From an uncultured delta proteobacterium (GTDB lineage: Bacteria; Desulfobacterota; Binatia; UBA9968): a stretch of 64,000 nucleotides of DNA. The notes beneath the pieces were generated by a model, which was not told the DNA's origin, did no database searches, and saw nothing but the letters and a program-made list of their open reading frames with translations. Within the stretch, counting starts at the first letter, position 1, and each line of letters opens with the position of its first letter. Shown here piece after piece: positions 29,857-40,037 of the stretch. Position numbers and translations under genes: made by a program. The stretch lies in contig CAVUVW010000014.1 in the NCBI GenBank assembly GCA_963745035.1, positions 736,001 through 800,000 on the forward strand, given 5' to 3'.

Positions 29857-30395
29857 GCCTTGCGCTCCCAGAGACGAACGAAAGTCTTGCGATACTCCTC
29901 GGCAAGCGGATTCGCGTCGCGAAACATCAGCAGGTTTTCATCGTTGCGGTTCTCTGCCGAATGGGTCCAGTTGTAGGAGCCGGTGAAGACTACACGACGA
30001 TCGATTACGGCGAACTTCTGGTGCATCAATCCAGCGTCCTTCTCGCCGGCTTTCGTGACGGCTCCGGTGATCCGGCGCACGGGAATTTTCTGCCCTTCGA
30101 GAAATTTCCCCTTGGAGTTGTCGTTGGCGCGATCGAATTCCCGGTCGACGATCACCTGCACGGTAACGCCTCGTTTCCGTGCTTGCACCAATGCGGCGGC
30201 CAAGTCGTCGCTGGTAAAGGCATAAACCGCGACCAAGAGCTCCTGTTTCGCCGATTCGATTTCCCGGAGAATGTGCGCCGAGCATTTCCCCTGCGGACTG
30301 AAGCAGGTCTGGACCATCATCTCCGCGCCCGCGGCAAAATCGAGCGGCATGACGCTCAACAAAACCAGGCTCGTCGCGATAGCGGTTCGCTTCAT
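29853..30395 (-). CDS. secreted single-HKD phospholipase D / Nuc-like nuclease
   Basis: Signal peptide, CFSP, AVYAFT, HQKFAVID..TGSYNWT..NDEN. Confidence 0.88.
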   Translation of the reverse strand: MKRTAIATSLVLLSVMPLDFAAGAEMMVQTCFSPQGKCSAHILREIESAKQELLVAVYAFTSDDLAAALVQARKRGVTVQVIVDREFDRANDNSKGKFLEGQKIPVRRITGAVTKAGEKDAGLMHQKFAVIDRRVVFTGSYNWTHSAENRNDENLLMFRDANPLAEEYRKTFVRLWERKA

Positions 30396-31756
30396 ACTCT
30401 GGCACGCTCCCGCCGGGAACCCTCTCTGGCCGCGCCGCCGAGGCACATATCCAGGAAGAGTTTTTCCAGGACGAGCCGCGGTTGGCTGGCGCTCGATTTC
30501 AGGCGCAGATCCGCGTCGAACAAACTCTGCATGAAGGAACTCAGTTCGCCGAGAGAAAAACGTTCAGCGCGTTGAAAGCACATGTAATCACCGAATGGAT
30601 TGCGCCCTCCAAGCGGCGAGCCGCCCTCCGTCAATACGGTTTGCTGAAACTGTTGGTAGGTCATGCCGCGGCGCCAAATTTTCGCCAGGTCACCGGCCAG
30701 CAGTTGACGCGCCGCCAGCAAGCGGCGCGCCTCGGCCACGACGGTTCCGAGAATTTTCAGCGGGTGCTCACCTTGGGCGATCAAGCGCGCCAGTTGACCG
30801 AGGGCGGCAAGGGCATCGCGCTCGCCGAGCGCGCGCGTAAGGTCAAAGATCCAGCCTTCACCGCGGTCGGCAAACATCCGGTCTACATCTTCGGCGCGGA
30901 TGGTGGCGCGGTCGCCGACGGAAAGCAGCAGCTTTTCCAGCTCCTGTTGCAGGCCGCGCAGGTCATCGCCGGCTCTGACGAGAATCATTTCGCGCGCCTG
31001 CGGGTCTAGGTTTTTTCCTGCTTGGCGCAGCCGGCGGCCGATGAACTCCAGCAAAGTATCCCGCGCGATCCTGCCTTTGGCGTCGCGCTCCAAAGCGAGA
31101 TGAAGCACCGCTCCGAGATCTTCGAAGCGCTTGAAGAGCCGCGTGCGGCGATCGACCTGGGCGGCGGTAAGCAAGAGAAAACTCCACTCGGGAAGCCCCT
31201 GGTCCAACAGCGCGCCGAGCCGATTAGCCTCGGCGCCTTTGCGCTTGGCGAAGTCCAGCGAACGGCTCTTGCAGTAGGCGAGCAACGCCAGCGCTGCATC
31301 CTGGTCTTCCCCGCCCTCGGCCCCAAGCACGGTCAATAACGGCGCCGCGCCGTCCAGCCCGTCCCAGCTCTCTTGAGTCCAGCCTTCGACCACCAACAAG
31401 TCGAGGAGCGTCTTGGCGGCATCGTCGCGCTTGCCGTCGCGCCAGAGATCCAGCGCCTTTTCGCCCAACTCGCCGCTCTGCTCGCGGGCGTAAAAATACG
31501 GCGCGCCATCCACCCACAAAAGCTTTTTTCCCGGAAAAAAGGGCGGCGTCATCAACGAAGCTTCGATTTGCTCCCAGGCGGCCGAGCGGCCATCGAAGCG
31601 CTCGAAATTGAAGCCGCGCTGATCCGCTGGCACGAGCCGGTCGAGTATGGCGCTCCGGCTCTCCGCGACCCGCAAGTCGTCGCCAAAAACGAGTAGAATT
31701 TGCGGCCCTTGGCCCGCCGAGAGATCGGTGAGAATGGTTTTTAGATCACGTTTCAC
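30392..31756 (-). CDS. holA: DNA polymerase III subunit delta
   Basis: LVFGDD, FNFERFDG, TPPFF, ELEKL, IFDL, ADLRLKS. Confidence 0.85.
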   Translation of the reverse strand: MKRDLKTILTDLSAGQGPQILLVFGDDLRVAESRSAILDRLVPADQRGFNFERFDGRSAAWEQIEASLMTPPFFPGKKLLWVDGAPYFYAREQSGELGEKALDLWRDGKRDDAAKTLLDLLVVEGWTQESWDGLDGAAPLLTVLGAEGGEDQDAALALLAYCKSRSLDFAKRKGAEANRLGALLDQGLPEWSFLLLTAAQVDRRTRLFKRFEDLGAVLHLALERDAKGRIARDTLLEFIGRRLRQAGKNLDPQAREMILVRAGDDLRGLQQELEKLLLSVGDRATIRAEDVDRMFADRGEGWIFDLTRALGERDALAALGQLARLIAQGEHPLKILGTVVAEARRLLAARQLLAGDLAKIWRRGMTYQQFQQTVLTEGGSPLGGRNPFGDYMCFQRAERFSLGELSSFMQSLFDADLRLKSSASQPRLVLEKLFLDMCLGGAAREGSRRERARV

Positions 31757-31824
31757 GGTGGAAGAATGGCTTTGGCATTGCTATTTGGAAGAAGTCCACG
31801 GCGCCGGGAGCAAGACGATGCATG

Positions 31825-32058
31825 TTAGTGCTTTGGCACCCACATCTGGTTCTTTTCACTCCAGGCGTAATCCGACCGCCAGACTTTGAGGCCGATGGTA
31901 TATTTGCCTCCCGATTTGGTGACAAAAATCCGCTCCGTTGAATGTGGAATCTCGGTCCGAGCGATGATCATGACTTTTTTCGAGATCCCTTTGTTGATGA
32001 GAATTCGATCACCCTCGCGCATGACCACGCGATTTTCTCTCCTTCGCCGCTGATTCAT
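31825..32058 (-). CDS. small hypothetical protein
   Basis: Plausible basic ORF upstream of holA; start may be the second Met (MREGD). Confidence 0.45.
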   Translation of the reverse strand: MNQRRRRENRVVMREGDRILINKGISKKVMIIARTEIPHSTERIFVTKSGGKYTIGLKVWRSDYAWSEKNQMWVPKH

Positions 32059-32276
32059 GGGCCAAAACTATCACCGCGATATGCGCCAGGCAAATTTATT
32101 CCTTATTCGCCGAAGCGCGCCACCCGCCGGGGGATTGGTCCACAGGGAGTCGTCGGTAGTCTTTCCTTGACAATCCGCCGGGCCTCCGGTAGCTCTCGCT
32201 CAAAAACTTTTTAGTCCTTGTAAAGTTCTCGGAATCGGTGTTTAGAGATCGATAACTTCTCTTCTCGGAGGCAGCC

Positions 32277-33221
32277 ATGCGACTTGTCACCTTCTCACGC
32301 AAGAACGAACAGCGGCTTGGATTGATGGGCTCGCAGGAACAGATCATCGATCTCGCCGAGGTTACTCGGCGCTACCTGAAAGGCGGCAGCCCGCCGTTCC
32401 TGAAAAGCATGCAGGCGTTTATCGAAGCTGGCGGGAAGGCTGTGCAAGCCGCCCGAAAGGCGGAAAAGTACGTCGCGGGGAAAAGCGCCGACGACCAGAA
32501 GAAGCTTCTGAGCGCCGGCGCGCTGGCAAAACCTGGTCAGGCGAAAATCATCTCGCCGATCCCGCTGCCGAAAAAAAACTGCGTGATGTTGGGCATCAAC
32601 TACCGCGAGCACGTCGACGAGGGCGCGCGCGCGCGGGAGATCGAAATCAAATACCCCGAATGGCCGGTCTACTTTACCAAGCCATCGACCTCGGTCATCG
32701 GCCATCTCGGCAAAGTCGTCAATCATAAATGCACGACCAAACTCGATTGGGAAGTTGAGCTCGCCGTAGTCATCGGCCGCAAGGGCCGCGATATTCCAAA
32801 GGAAAAAGCTTACGATTATGTATTCGGCTACACCGTCTGCCTGGACATGACGGCGCGGGAATTGCAGCGCCAGCACGGGCAATGGTTCAAGGGCAAATCA
32901 CTCGACACGTTCTGCCCTCTCGGGCCGTGGATCGTGCACAAGAGCGCGCTGTCGGACCCGCAGCAGGTGCGTCTGATCTGCCGGGTGAACGGCGAGGTGA
33001 TGCAGGACGGCAACACGCGCGATATGATTTTCGATATTCCGACGATTATCGAAAGCCTGTCGGCCGGCTTGACTCTCGAACCGGGTGATATCATCAGCAC
33101 GGGTACTCCCTCGGGTGTCGGCTTTGCCCGCGTGCCGCCGGTATTTCTCAAGCCCGGCGACAAAGTCGAAGGCGAAGTCGAGGGGATCGGCACTTTGGAA
33201 GTGGAAATCGTCGCGCCGTAA
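32277..33221 (+). CDS. fumarylacetoacetate hydrolase family protein
   Basis: GINYREH, FTKP, DWEVEL, KGKSLDTFCPLGP, GDIISTGTPSGVG. Confidence 0.92.
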   Translation: MRLVTFSRKNEQRLGLMGSQEQIIDLAEVTRRYLKGGSPPFLKSMQAFIEAGGKAVQAARKAEKYVAGKSADDQKKLLSAGALAKPGQAKIISPIPLPKKNCVMLGINYREHVDEGARAREIEIKYPEWPVYFTKPSTSVIGHLGKVVNHKCTTKLDWEVELAVVIGRKGRDIPKEKAYDYVFGYTVCLDMTARELQRQHGQWFKGKSLDTFCPLGPWIVHKSALSDPQQVRLICRVNGEVMQDGNTRDMIFDIPTIIESLSAGLTLEPGDIISTGTPSGVGFARVPPVFLKPGDKVEGEVEGIGTLEVEIVAP

Positions 33222-33332
33222 AATGCTCCGCGCCTCCGCCGACCAATCGTGTTTTTCGCGGCGCGCAATGATGGCTTTGGGTCGCGCCGGTTTATTTGAC
33301 TTGCGAATATCGCTCTGTTAATTGTGCACTTC

Positions 33333-33421
33333 GATGCTAGGGGTGTCTGCGGCGCAGACTGAGAGCCTGTTAAGGTAACCCTTCGAACCTGATCCGGGTC
33401 GCACCGGCGTAGGGAAGCGTG
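33333..33421 (+). ncRNA. TPP riboswitch
   Basis: AGGGGTG...CTGAGA...ACCCTTCGAACCTGATCCGGGT..ACCGGCGTAGGGAA upstream of thiS. Confidence 0.95.
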
Positions 33422-33521
33422 AGAGTCAAAGTCGCGTCCGGCGAACGCCGGCGAGACATACTTGAAACCGTATTCCCTGGCCACTTCCAGTGGTCCTAGC
33501 GGATACGGTTTTTTGACTTTA

Positions 33522-33725
33522 ATGAAGCTCATCATCAACGGCGAAGACCAAGAAGTGGCCGACGGCTTGAGCGTGGCGGGTCTGTTGGAGCAGCTTCAGA
33601 TCCGACCGGCGCGTGTAGTCGTGGAACGCAATCGAGATATCGTTGCGCGCGCCGCCTACGACTCTACGATGCTGGTCGCGGGCGACGCTCTGGAGATCGT
33701 TCACTTTGTCGGCGGAGGATCATGA
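33522..33725 (+). CDS. thiS: sulfur carrier protein ThiS
   Basis: MKLIINGE...VERN...[10 protein letters not shown]. Confidence 0.92.
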   Translation: MKLIINGEDQEVADGLSVAGLLEQLQIRPARVVVERNRDIVARAAYDSTMLVAGDALEIVHFVGGGS

Positions 33726-34499
33726 TGGAAGATTTTTTACGGATCGGAGAAGCCAGCTATCGTTCCCGGCTGATCGTCGGCACCGGCAAGTACAAAGATT
33801 TCGAAGAGACGAAACGGGCTATTGAAGTATCCGGCGCCGAGATCGTCACCGTGGCGGTGCGCCGGGTCAACATCACCGATCCGAACAAGGAAAATCTGCT
33901 GGACTATCTCGATCCGAAAAAGTTCACGATCCTGCCCAATACGGCCGGCTGCTACAACGCGGAAGACGCCGTGCGCACTTGTCGCTTGGCGCGCGAGGCC
34001 GGGGTCGGAAGTTTGGTGAAGTTGGAAGTCATCGGCGATGACAGGACGTTGTTTCCCGACGTTCCTGCCACCCTCGAGGCCGCCAAGATTTTAGTAAAAG
34101 AAGGTTTTACGGTGTTACCGTACATCACCGACGATCCGATCACGGCAAAAAAGTTGGAGGACCTTGGCTGCGCCGCGGTCATGCCGCTGGCGGCGCCCAT
34201 CGGCTCGGGCTTGGGCATTCGCAACCCGTACAATCTTCGGATCATCCTGGAGCATGCGAAAGTTCCCGTGATCGTCGACGCTGGAGTCGGCACCGCCTCG
34301 GATGCGGCGATCGCTTTGGAAATGGGCTGTGACGGCGTGCTGATGAACACGGCGATCGCCGGCGCCAAAAATCCCATTCTCGATGGCCGAAGCCATGCGC
34401 CTCGGGGTGGAAGCCGGCCGCAAAGCGTATCTCGCCGGAAGAATCGCCAAGAAGCTTTACGCGACCGCATCGAGTCCACTCGACGGCCTCGTGAACTAG
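33722..34499 (+). CDS. thiG: thiazole synthase, frameshift near 34381
   Basis: [36 protein letters not shown]; tail [13 protein letters not shown]...ASSP in another frame to TAG 34499. Confidence 0.93.
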
Positions 34500-34503
34500 C
34501 GTC

Positions 34504-35130
34504 GTGTCCGTTCCGGATTTCGACGTTTATCTCGTGACCGATCGCACGCAGACCCGCGGGCGCGATCTCCTCTGGGTCATCGAGCAGGCGCTCGACGGCG
34601 GCGTCCGCGCGGTTCAACTCCGCGAGAAGGACTTGGGCGGCGCAGAATTATTCGGCCTAGCCGAAAAAATCGGAGCGCTTTGCGAACGCTACGACGCCGC
34701 GCTGCTGATCAACGACCGCATCGACATCGCGCTTGCGGTCGATGCGGCGGGCGTGCAGCTCGGCAAGCTCTCGTTGCCGATCGGAACCGCGCGCGCGCTG
34801 CTCGGTCCGAATAAATGGATCGGCGCTTCCATCCATTCTGTCGAGGAGATTGGTCCGGCCGAGCAAGACGGCGCCGACTTTTTGGTGTTCGGCCCGGTTT
34901 ATTTCACCCCTTCCAAAGCAAGCTTTGGCGCTCCGCAAGGCGCGGCGGCTTTAAGAAGAATTGTGGACGTGAGCGCGATTCCGGTGTATGCAATCGGCGG
35001 CATCACAAGGAAAAATGTCACAGATGTGCGGGATGCGGGAGCCCGGGGCATCGCCCTGATTGCCGCGATCATTGGCTCGGCGCAACCGCGAGATAGTGCA
35101 CGCGCCCTCCTTCGCTCGTTCAAGGAATAG
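34504..35130 (+). CDS. thiE: thiamine phosphate synthase
   Basis: [31 protein letters not shown]. Confidence 0.9.
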   Translation: MSVPDFDVYLVTDRTQTRGRDLLWVIEQALDGGVRAVQLREKDLGGAELFGLAEKIGALCERYDAALLINDRIDIALAVDAAGVQLGKLSLPIGTARALLGPNKWIGASIHSVEEIGPAEQDGADFLVFGPVYFTPSKASFGAPQGAAALRRIVDVSAIPVYAIGGITRKNVTDVRDAGARGIALIAAIIGSAQPRDSARALLRSFKE

Positions 35131-35135
35131 TCACT

Positions 35136-35438
35136 ATGCACACGGCCCAAGAAGTCATTGCTTACTTGCAAGGAAGTCTGCTCGTATCATTGACGATCGC
35201 CTTCGTCGCGGGCTTCGCCGCTGCCAAAACCGTGGCCTATGAAGGCCGCTTCGGCGCGATCTTTTTCCTGGTGGTCGGCCTGCTCGGTTTATTCCTGGGT
35301 GAGTTCGTGATATTCAATTTCGAGTTCGACGATTATATCGAGCCGATCGCGGAACTTCGGCTTCTCTTTGATTTGATCGCCGGGTATATAGGCTCCTTCT
35401 TCGTCGCCACGATCGTTCACTTCATCAAGCCCACCTGA
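35136..35438 (+). CDS. small membrane protein (3 TM)
   Basis: Three hydrophobic helices. Confidence 0.7.
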   Translation: MHTAQEVIAYLQGSLLVSLTIAFVAGFAAAKTVAYEGRFGAIFFLVVGLLGLFLGEFVIFNFEFDDYIEPIAELRLLFDLIAGYIGSFFVATIVHFIKPT

Positions 35439-35514
<76 letters not shown>

Positions 35515-35715
35515 GTTCTTTTCAAGTACTTGCAGTTCGGCCTCATCGGAGACCCTCCGCAAGGTTTCGGGGAACGTTTCGGGTTGAGCCTCTAAAAGTG
35601 CTCTCAGAGGGGCATCCCCATCATCTCGAATATGCCGACCATAGTTTCGCTCGATCATCTCGACGGAGGTCCCACATTGCTCAGCGAGCCACTTGATGTT
35701 GACACCCACGCCCCG
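35515..35715 (-). pseudogene. tyrosine integrase C-terminal relic
   Basis: GVNIKWLAEQCGTSVEMIERNYGRHI (box II with catalytic Tyr) reading toward the tRNA 3' end. Confidence 0.7.
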
Positions 35716-35789
35716 ATACAAAAGCAGCACTGCATTCCCACGCTGATGATCTTTTACCATTCTCAATTTCTAAAAATACGCGCCTACGT

Positions 35790-36173
35790 CCGGTGATCCA
35801 AAATGTCGGCACCATAGGACACGATGTGCCGGTGTGGGATATCGCCGATAAATTCGGCGACGACACGACGTTGCTCGTTACAAATATGCCATAGGGACGG
35901 GATCTTGCCCATTGCCTCGGCGGCAGTGCCCTCGCGCTAATGCGCGGGCATGGGTTCGTCTGTGTCGAGCGGTCGATCAAGGAACTGGTGCGCCTGTCAG
36001 TTTTTATTCCGCGTAATGCTCGCGTCCAGCTTGCGGCAATGCAGATGGGTGAGTACAAGGCCCTCTCGCAGGGAGAAATCGAAGCCCGTTTGAAATTAGA
36101 TATAAACTCATCGAGCATGATCCGAGGTTGGGAGTATTGGGCGCGGGAAGCTGGATGCAAACACTTGTTGTAG
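35790..36173 (+). pseudogene. truncated class II aldolase
   Basis: VPVWDIADKFGDDTTLLVTN, in-frame TAG, then GRDLAHCLG..ALMRGHG; N-terminus missing. Confidence 0.7.
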
Positions 36174-36329
36174 AAAACTTCTCGCTTCGATAACAGAAAG
36201 TGGAAGTGGACGAACGGATTCAAAAGTTCGCCCAAGGCATCTTTTTAAGCGATGGGATCATTAACCGCGAAAACGCGCTTGTAAAACTCTGCTGTCATTC
36301 TCCGGCTCTGGGTACGTGAGGATATTGAG

Positions 36330-36620
36330 CGCGTTTCTAAATTAAATCACATTGCGCTTTATACTCCCGATTTTCAAAGCACGGCGAAGTTCTATTAGGT
36401 CGTGTTTGGGATGGAAGAACTCGGTCGTAGCGAGACCACTTTTGCCGAACTGATTTCTCTCAGCGATGGGTACATTGATTTTAGCGTCGTGGGTTTTAGA
36501 TCGCGCGAAATCGCCAAGCAAAGGCATTACCCCTCCAGCTTTGGTCTAAGTCACTTTGGATTTTTGGTTAATAACCGTTGATGCTGCGGCGGAGCGGCTC
36601 CGAGCGGCTGGCGCTTAGCG
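36330..36620 (+). pseudogene. degenerate VOC/glyoxalase gene
   Basis: KLNHIALYTPDFQSTAKFY*VVFGMEE...LSDGY...GLSHFGFLV..DAAAERLRAAGA with stops and indels. Confidence 0.6.
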
Positions 36621-36861
36621 GGTGGAAACCATTCCTACTGTCTCGGACAAGTGGAAAGGCTCGGCATAGAAGAAACCATAGAAAGCGGCATCGTTAAGCA
36701 GCGGAGATTCGCTGGCAAACAACCCGTTCGCCTGTAAATGCCAGTCCTGTCGCAGAATGACAGTTTTGAGCGTCATGTTGTCACTGCAAATAACTAGCGA
36801 ATTCCAAACCTTACCGCATGGATCGTCTTTTGCTCAAGGACACTTGGCAGGAGGAACGAAA

Positions 36862-37056
36862 ATGCCGCCACTGCCAAAAAGGGACGACCAAGCGAGGCTT
36901 CTAATCGATATCGCGGACGTGGGTGAAAAGAAGCGGAAATTAGAAGAGTACATCAAGACAATGGAATCGCTGAACAACTCTCTTCTGGAAAGCGCAGCAT
37001 ACCGGGATATCGAAGCCTATAAAAATCGTGCTCCGGTCGTAAAGCTGGCGCGTTAA
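36862..37056 (+). CDS. small hypothetical protein (64 aa)
   Basis: AGGAGG RBS before ATG; helical composition. Confidence 0.5.
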   Translation: MPPLPKRDDQARLLIDIADVGEKKRKLEEYIKTMESLNNSLLESAAYRDIEAYKNRAPVVKLAR

Positions 37057-37377
37057 CTCGCCTGTGAATTCGGACCAGAAGGATCATTTCCTGCCGGTCG
37101 TCAATTCTCTGACTTAGCCCGAGTTTGCACAGGTAAAACGCAAGAGCCATCGACCATTCACAGTCAACAGGCTGACCTAATCAGGGAAGTGAAAGCCATG
37201 CGCAAAATCGTAAAGGAGCCGTTTGCCCCGAAGAGACGAAATAAGTCTCGCGTCAGATTGTGGCACACGCTCTTTGCCGTGCTCTCGCTGGTTTTCCTGA
37301 AACCTCACTAGACCGATTTGGTAATTTTATTTGCTTGAGCCGACGCTCACGTTCCAACCCTAACTAAGAGAAACAAT

Positions 37378-37548
37378 ATGCGCCCGATTTCTGACACGGA
37401 ACTCGAAACCCAAAAGGCTAATGCGTGTATCTGCCCACGATGCCACGATCGCATTCCTGAGCAGTTCTACTGCCGAGGCTGCGGATACGTACCGAATTGG
37501 CGAGAGAGTGTCTATAACGAAGATGATACACGCAGAGAAGCGGCGTAG
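37378..37548 (+). CDS. small zinc-ribbon protein (56 aa)
   Basis: Manual translation MRPISDTELETQKANACICPRCHDRIPEQFYCRGCGYVPNW...; two CxxC motifs; shorter than any ORF in the track. Confidence 0.55.
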   Translation: MRPISDTELETQKANACICPRCHDRIPEQFYCRGCGYVPNWRESVYNEDDTRREAA

Positions 37549-37665
37549 GCATCCTGCTAAAGCAATTGCGGAGATTCCCCAGAAACCGTTCACTGGTTGA
37601 TGCGCCGAACGATTCGATTGAGTCCCGATGCGGAATGAAACGGAATAGGACGAGAGCATTCTACG

Positions 37666-37848
37666 ATGAATGAAAATGACCAAGCAGCTTTGAAACAGGA
37701 CGAGAAAGTTTCTGACGGTTGCCAATCTCCATCCGACAAAACAAAGATCATTCCTCAACAACCAACGGAAGCCGTAGAGCAGCAGCCGCGTCCGTCAATC
37801 ATCAAGGGAAGATCCAGACGAAGGAAGCGGACGGTCATTATCAGATAA
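37666..37848 (+). CDS. possible small basic-tailed protein
   Basis: 60-aa ORF only. Confidence 0.3.
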   Translation: MNENDQAALKQDEKVSDGCQSPSDKTKIIPQQPTEAVEQQPRPSIIKGRSRRRKRTVIIR

Positions 37849-37926
37849 CTCGCGTACCAGCAGCAAGGTTGTTCGGAGCTAGACCGTAATTCTCAAACAG
37901 TTTTTTTCAGTCGAAGCCCCCGGCCG

Positions 37927-38112
37927 GTAGCCCCGCAGAAATGGACGAACCTCTACATGAAGGTGTTGAGCAAGCTCGTTTCCGTTGGCGATGTGAAATT
38001 GCAGGTCCAAATCGAAGCTGTTCCCAAAGACGGCCTTACCGACCAACAAATCGAAGAAACGAAGGCGGCACTGCGAGGTCTTGGCTTAACCGATGAGGTC
38101 GAGAAGGAATGA
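37927..38112 (+). pseudogene. C-terminal relic of a DUF499-family AAA+ ATPase
   Basis: PQKWTNLYMKVLSKL...GLTDQQIEETKAALRGLGL matches my recollection of DUF499 protein C-termini; no upstream body. Confidence 0.55.
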
Positions 38113-38717
38113 GCACCGTGCGGTGCTTGGAGGATGAGAGATGGCGGATGAGCGCGACTCAGCGAAGAACATTTTGTGCGTGGAGTGCTCTCCTGCACAG
38201 TGGGTCACTGAGCGTCACGCCCATGACCAGCACGCGAAAAAGCAAAAAAATACTGACGGAATACTGACGGGAGTAGAGGAAAACCGGAAAATCGCCTTAC
38301 TGCACGATCCGTCACTGGGCGTCACAAGCGTAAACGCCGCCGAAAAAAAGAGAATAGTGATGCCAGCCGAGGTAGGGCAGAAATGTGCCCTCGGTGCTCA
38401 TTTCCCATTGGCGAACACACTCGGAACGACCGCCGCCAATGCGGACTCGGCGCTCGTGTCACAATCCTGAGTGGCGGTGGTATCGAAACAAACCGGAAGC
38501 GGCACTAGATCCAGAATCAACAGTTGGCGTTTAAAAATCCCTCGGGACCGTGTCATTCTCTTCATAATTGCTCCTTCCAAAAATTACTTACGGGTTACTT
38601 GCCAGCCGAAAACAGCGGACTGTAACGGAGTTGACAGAACTGAAATTTTTCGAGAGGTTGGCGCTAACGGACTACAACGGAAAACAACGGAAATACCAGA
38701 TCGCATTAGGAGGAATC

Positions 38718-39848
38718 ATGTATCGGAGACCTGAAACCAAAGCGGCGGAAGAAAAAGTCTACAAGCAAAAACAGATCGGCGAGTTCATGACGACCTGGAA
38801 GGATTTTCCCAGGCCCGGTTTGGCCGCGTGGGCGGAGCGCCCGAAGGCGGGTTTGATGGGCACCGCGAAAAGCACGCGCTACACGCCGCGCTTTCGTCCC
38901 TTCGATATGCTCGCCATCCCCAACCAGTCGCTGGTGATCCTCGAGAACGAATATCATCGCATCGGCGTCGAGAGCGTCGTGGGCGTGCAGGACAGCTTCC
39001 ACCGCTACATCGATGCGGACATGGTCTATTTTCAATTTTGCGGCAGCAGCACCGTGGAAACCGAGTTCGGCGTCTACGAGATGGAGCCCGGCGATGTGAT
39101 GCTGGTTCCCGGCGGCATCGCCCATCGCTCGATTGGACGCAACGATAGCCTGCGCTACTTCTGTCAAAGCCACGAGGCGGTGGACTACGTGATGAAAGAG
39201 GACCAGTACACGAGCTTGACCAGCTTCGAGGTGCGGCGCATCGGCGGCCCCAATTGGACGGCACCGCAGACTGCGCCTGCGAAGGGACAGATCGTAGAGA
39301 AAATGCATTTCTGGGACGACCGGCCGGACGACCAGACGGTGGTGGAGCGCGATTACGAATCGCTCGTCGGCGTGGCGGGACTGCGGCGCGGCGAGCCGGG
39401 GAGTCACGTGCGTAAGCTGCGCGCGTTCGACCACTTCACGGCGATCGTCGGCAAGGGGCGCGAAGACGCCGGCACCCAGCCGCTGATGGAATCGGCCAAT
39501 ATGCGCATCCGCACCTACAACATGCAGGACGAGCAATTCGCCTTTCATCGCGCCTTGCGCAGCGAAGAAGTGCGGATTCAGTTCCGCGGCGACGCGCTCG
39601 ATCTCTCCGAGTTCGAAAACGTCGAAGTCTCCCCCGGCGAGATCACCATCATCCCGCTCGGCATCTCCCACAGCGTGATCAGCATCCCGCCGGAAGACGA
39701 GAATTTCCTGCGGCTAAACTTCTACAGCAAAGTGCGCTGGCACGTGCCCATCGATCCGACCAGGCACTATTTCGACAGCCGGTTTGAGATCAAAACGACC
39801 GTGCACAAGCAGGCCGAGTGGAGGGAGAAGCTGGCGGCGGCGCGGTGA
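38718..39848 (+). CDS. bicupin protein, homogentisate 1,2-dioxygenase-like
   Basis: AGGAGG RBS; two cupin repeats FHRYIDADMVYFQFCG...PGGIAHR and FHRALRSEEVRIQFRG...PLGISHS. Confidence 0.7.
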   Translation: MYRRPETKAAEEKVYKQKQIGEFMTTWKDFPRPGLAAWAERPKAGLMGTAKSTRYTPRFRPFDMLAIPNQSLVILENEYHRIGVESVVGVQDSFHRYIDADMVYFQFCGSSTVETEFGVYEMEPGDVMLVPGGIAHRSIGRNDSLRYFCQSHEAVDYVMKEDQYTSLTSFEVRRIGGPNWTAPQTAPAKGQIVEKMHFWDDRPDDQTVVERDYESLVGVAGLRRGEPGSHVRKLRAFDHFTAIVGKGREDAGTQPLMESANMRIRTYNMQDEQFAFHRALRSEEVRIQFRGDALDLSEFENVEVSPGEITIIPLGISHSVISIPPEDENFLRLNFYSKVRWHVPIDPTRHYFDSRFEIKTTVHKQAEWREKLAAAR

Positions 39849-39961
39849 GTTGAAGAACGAAGCACACGTCGGTGTTGCCCGGTTTCGTTTCGACCTTTCG
39901 AGAATTCTCGAAACGTGGAAATGGGCTTGAAACTCGGCGTTGAACCTAGAACCCAGATGTT

Positions 39962-40021
39962 TTGAACCGCCCTGACGCTTTGAACGGAGCGCAGCGGTTG
40001 AACGGCTTGAACGATTTGAAC
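39962..40021 (+). repeat. TTGAAC-periodic intergenic repeat, copy 1
   Basis: Core TTGAACGGAGCGCAGCGGTTGAACG identical to 41857-41881. Confidence 0.75.
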
Positions 40022-40037
40022 GCCATTGATAGCCCCC

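Noticed and set aside
35888-35895. Pyrrolysine or stop readthrough at the TAG in the aldolase fragment
   Set aside because: The gene is also 5'-truncated and lies in a decayed island; simple pseudogene
38240-38400. att site or tRNA fragment near the TACTGACGG tandem
   Set aside because: No match to the tRNA-Thr 3' end; too weak to call
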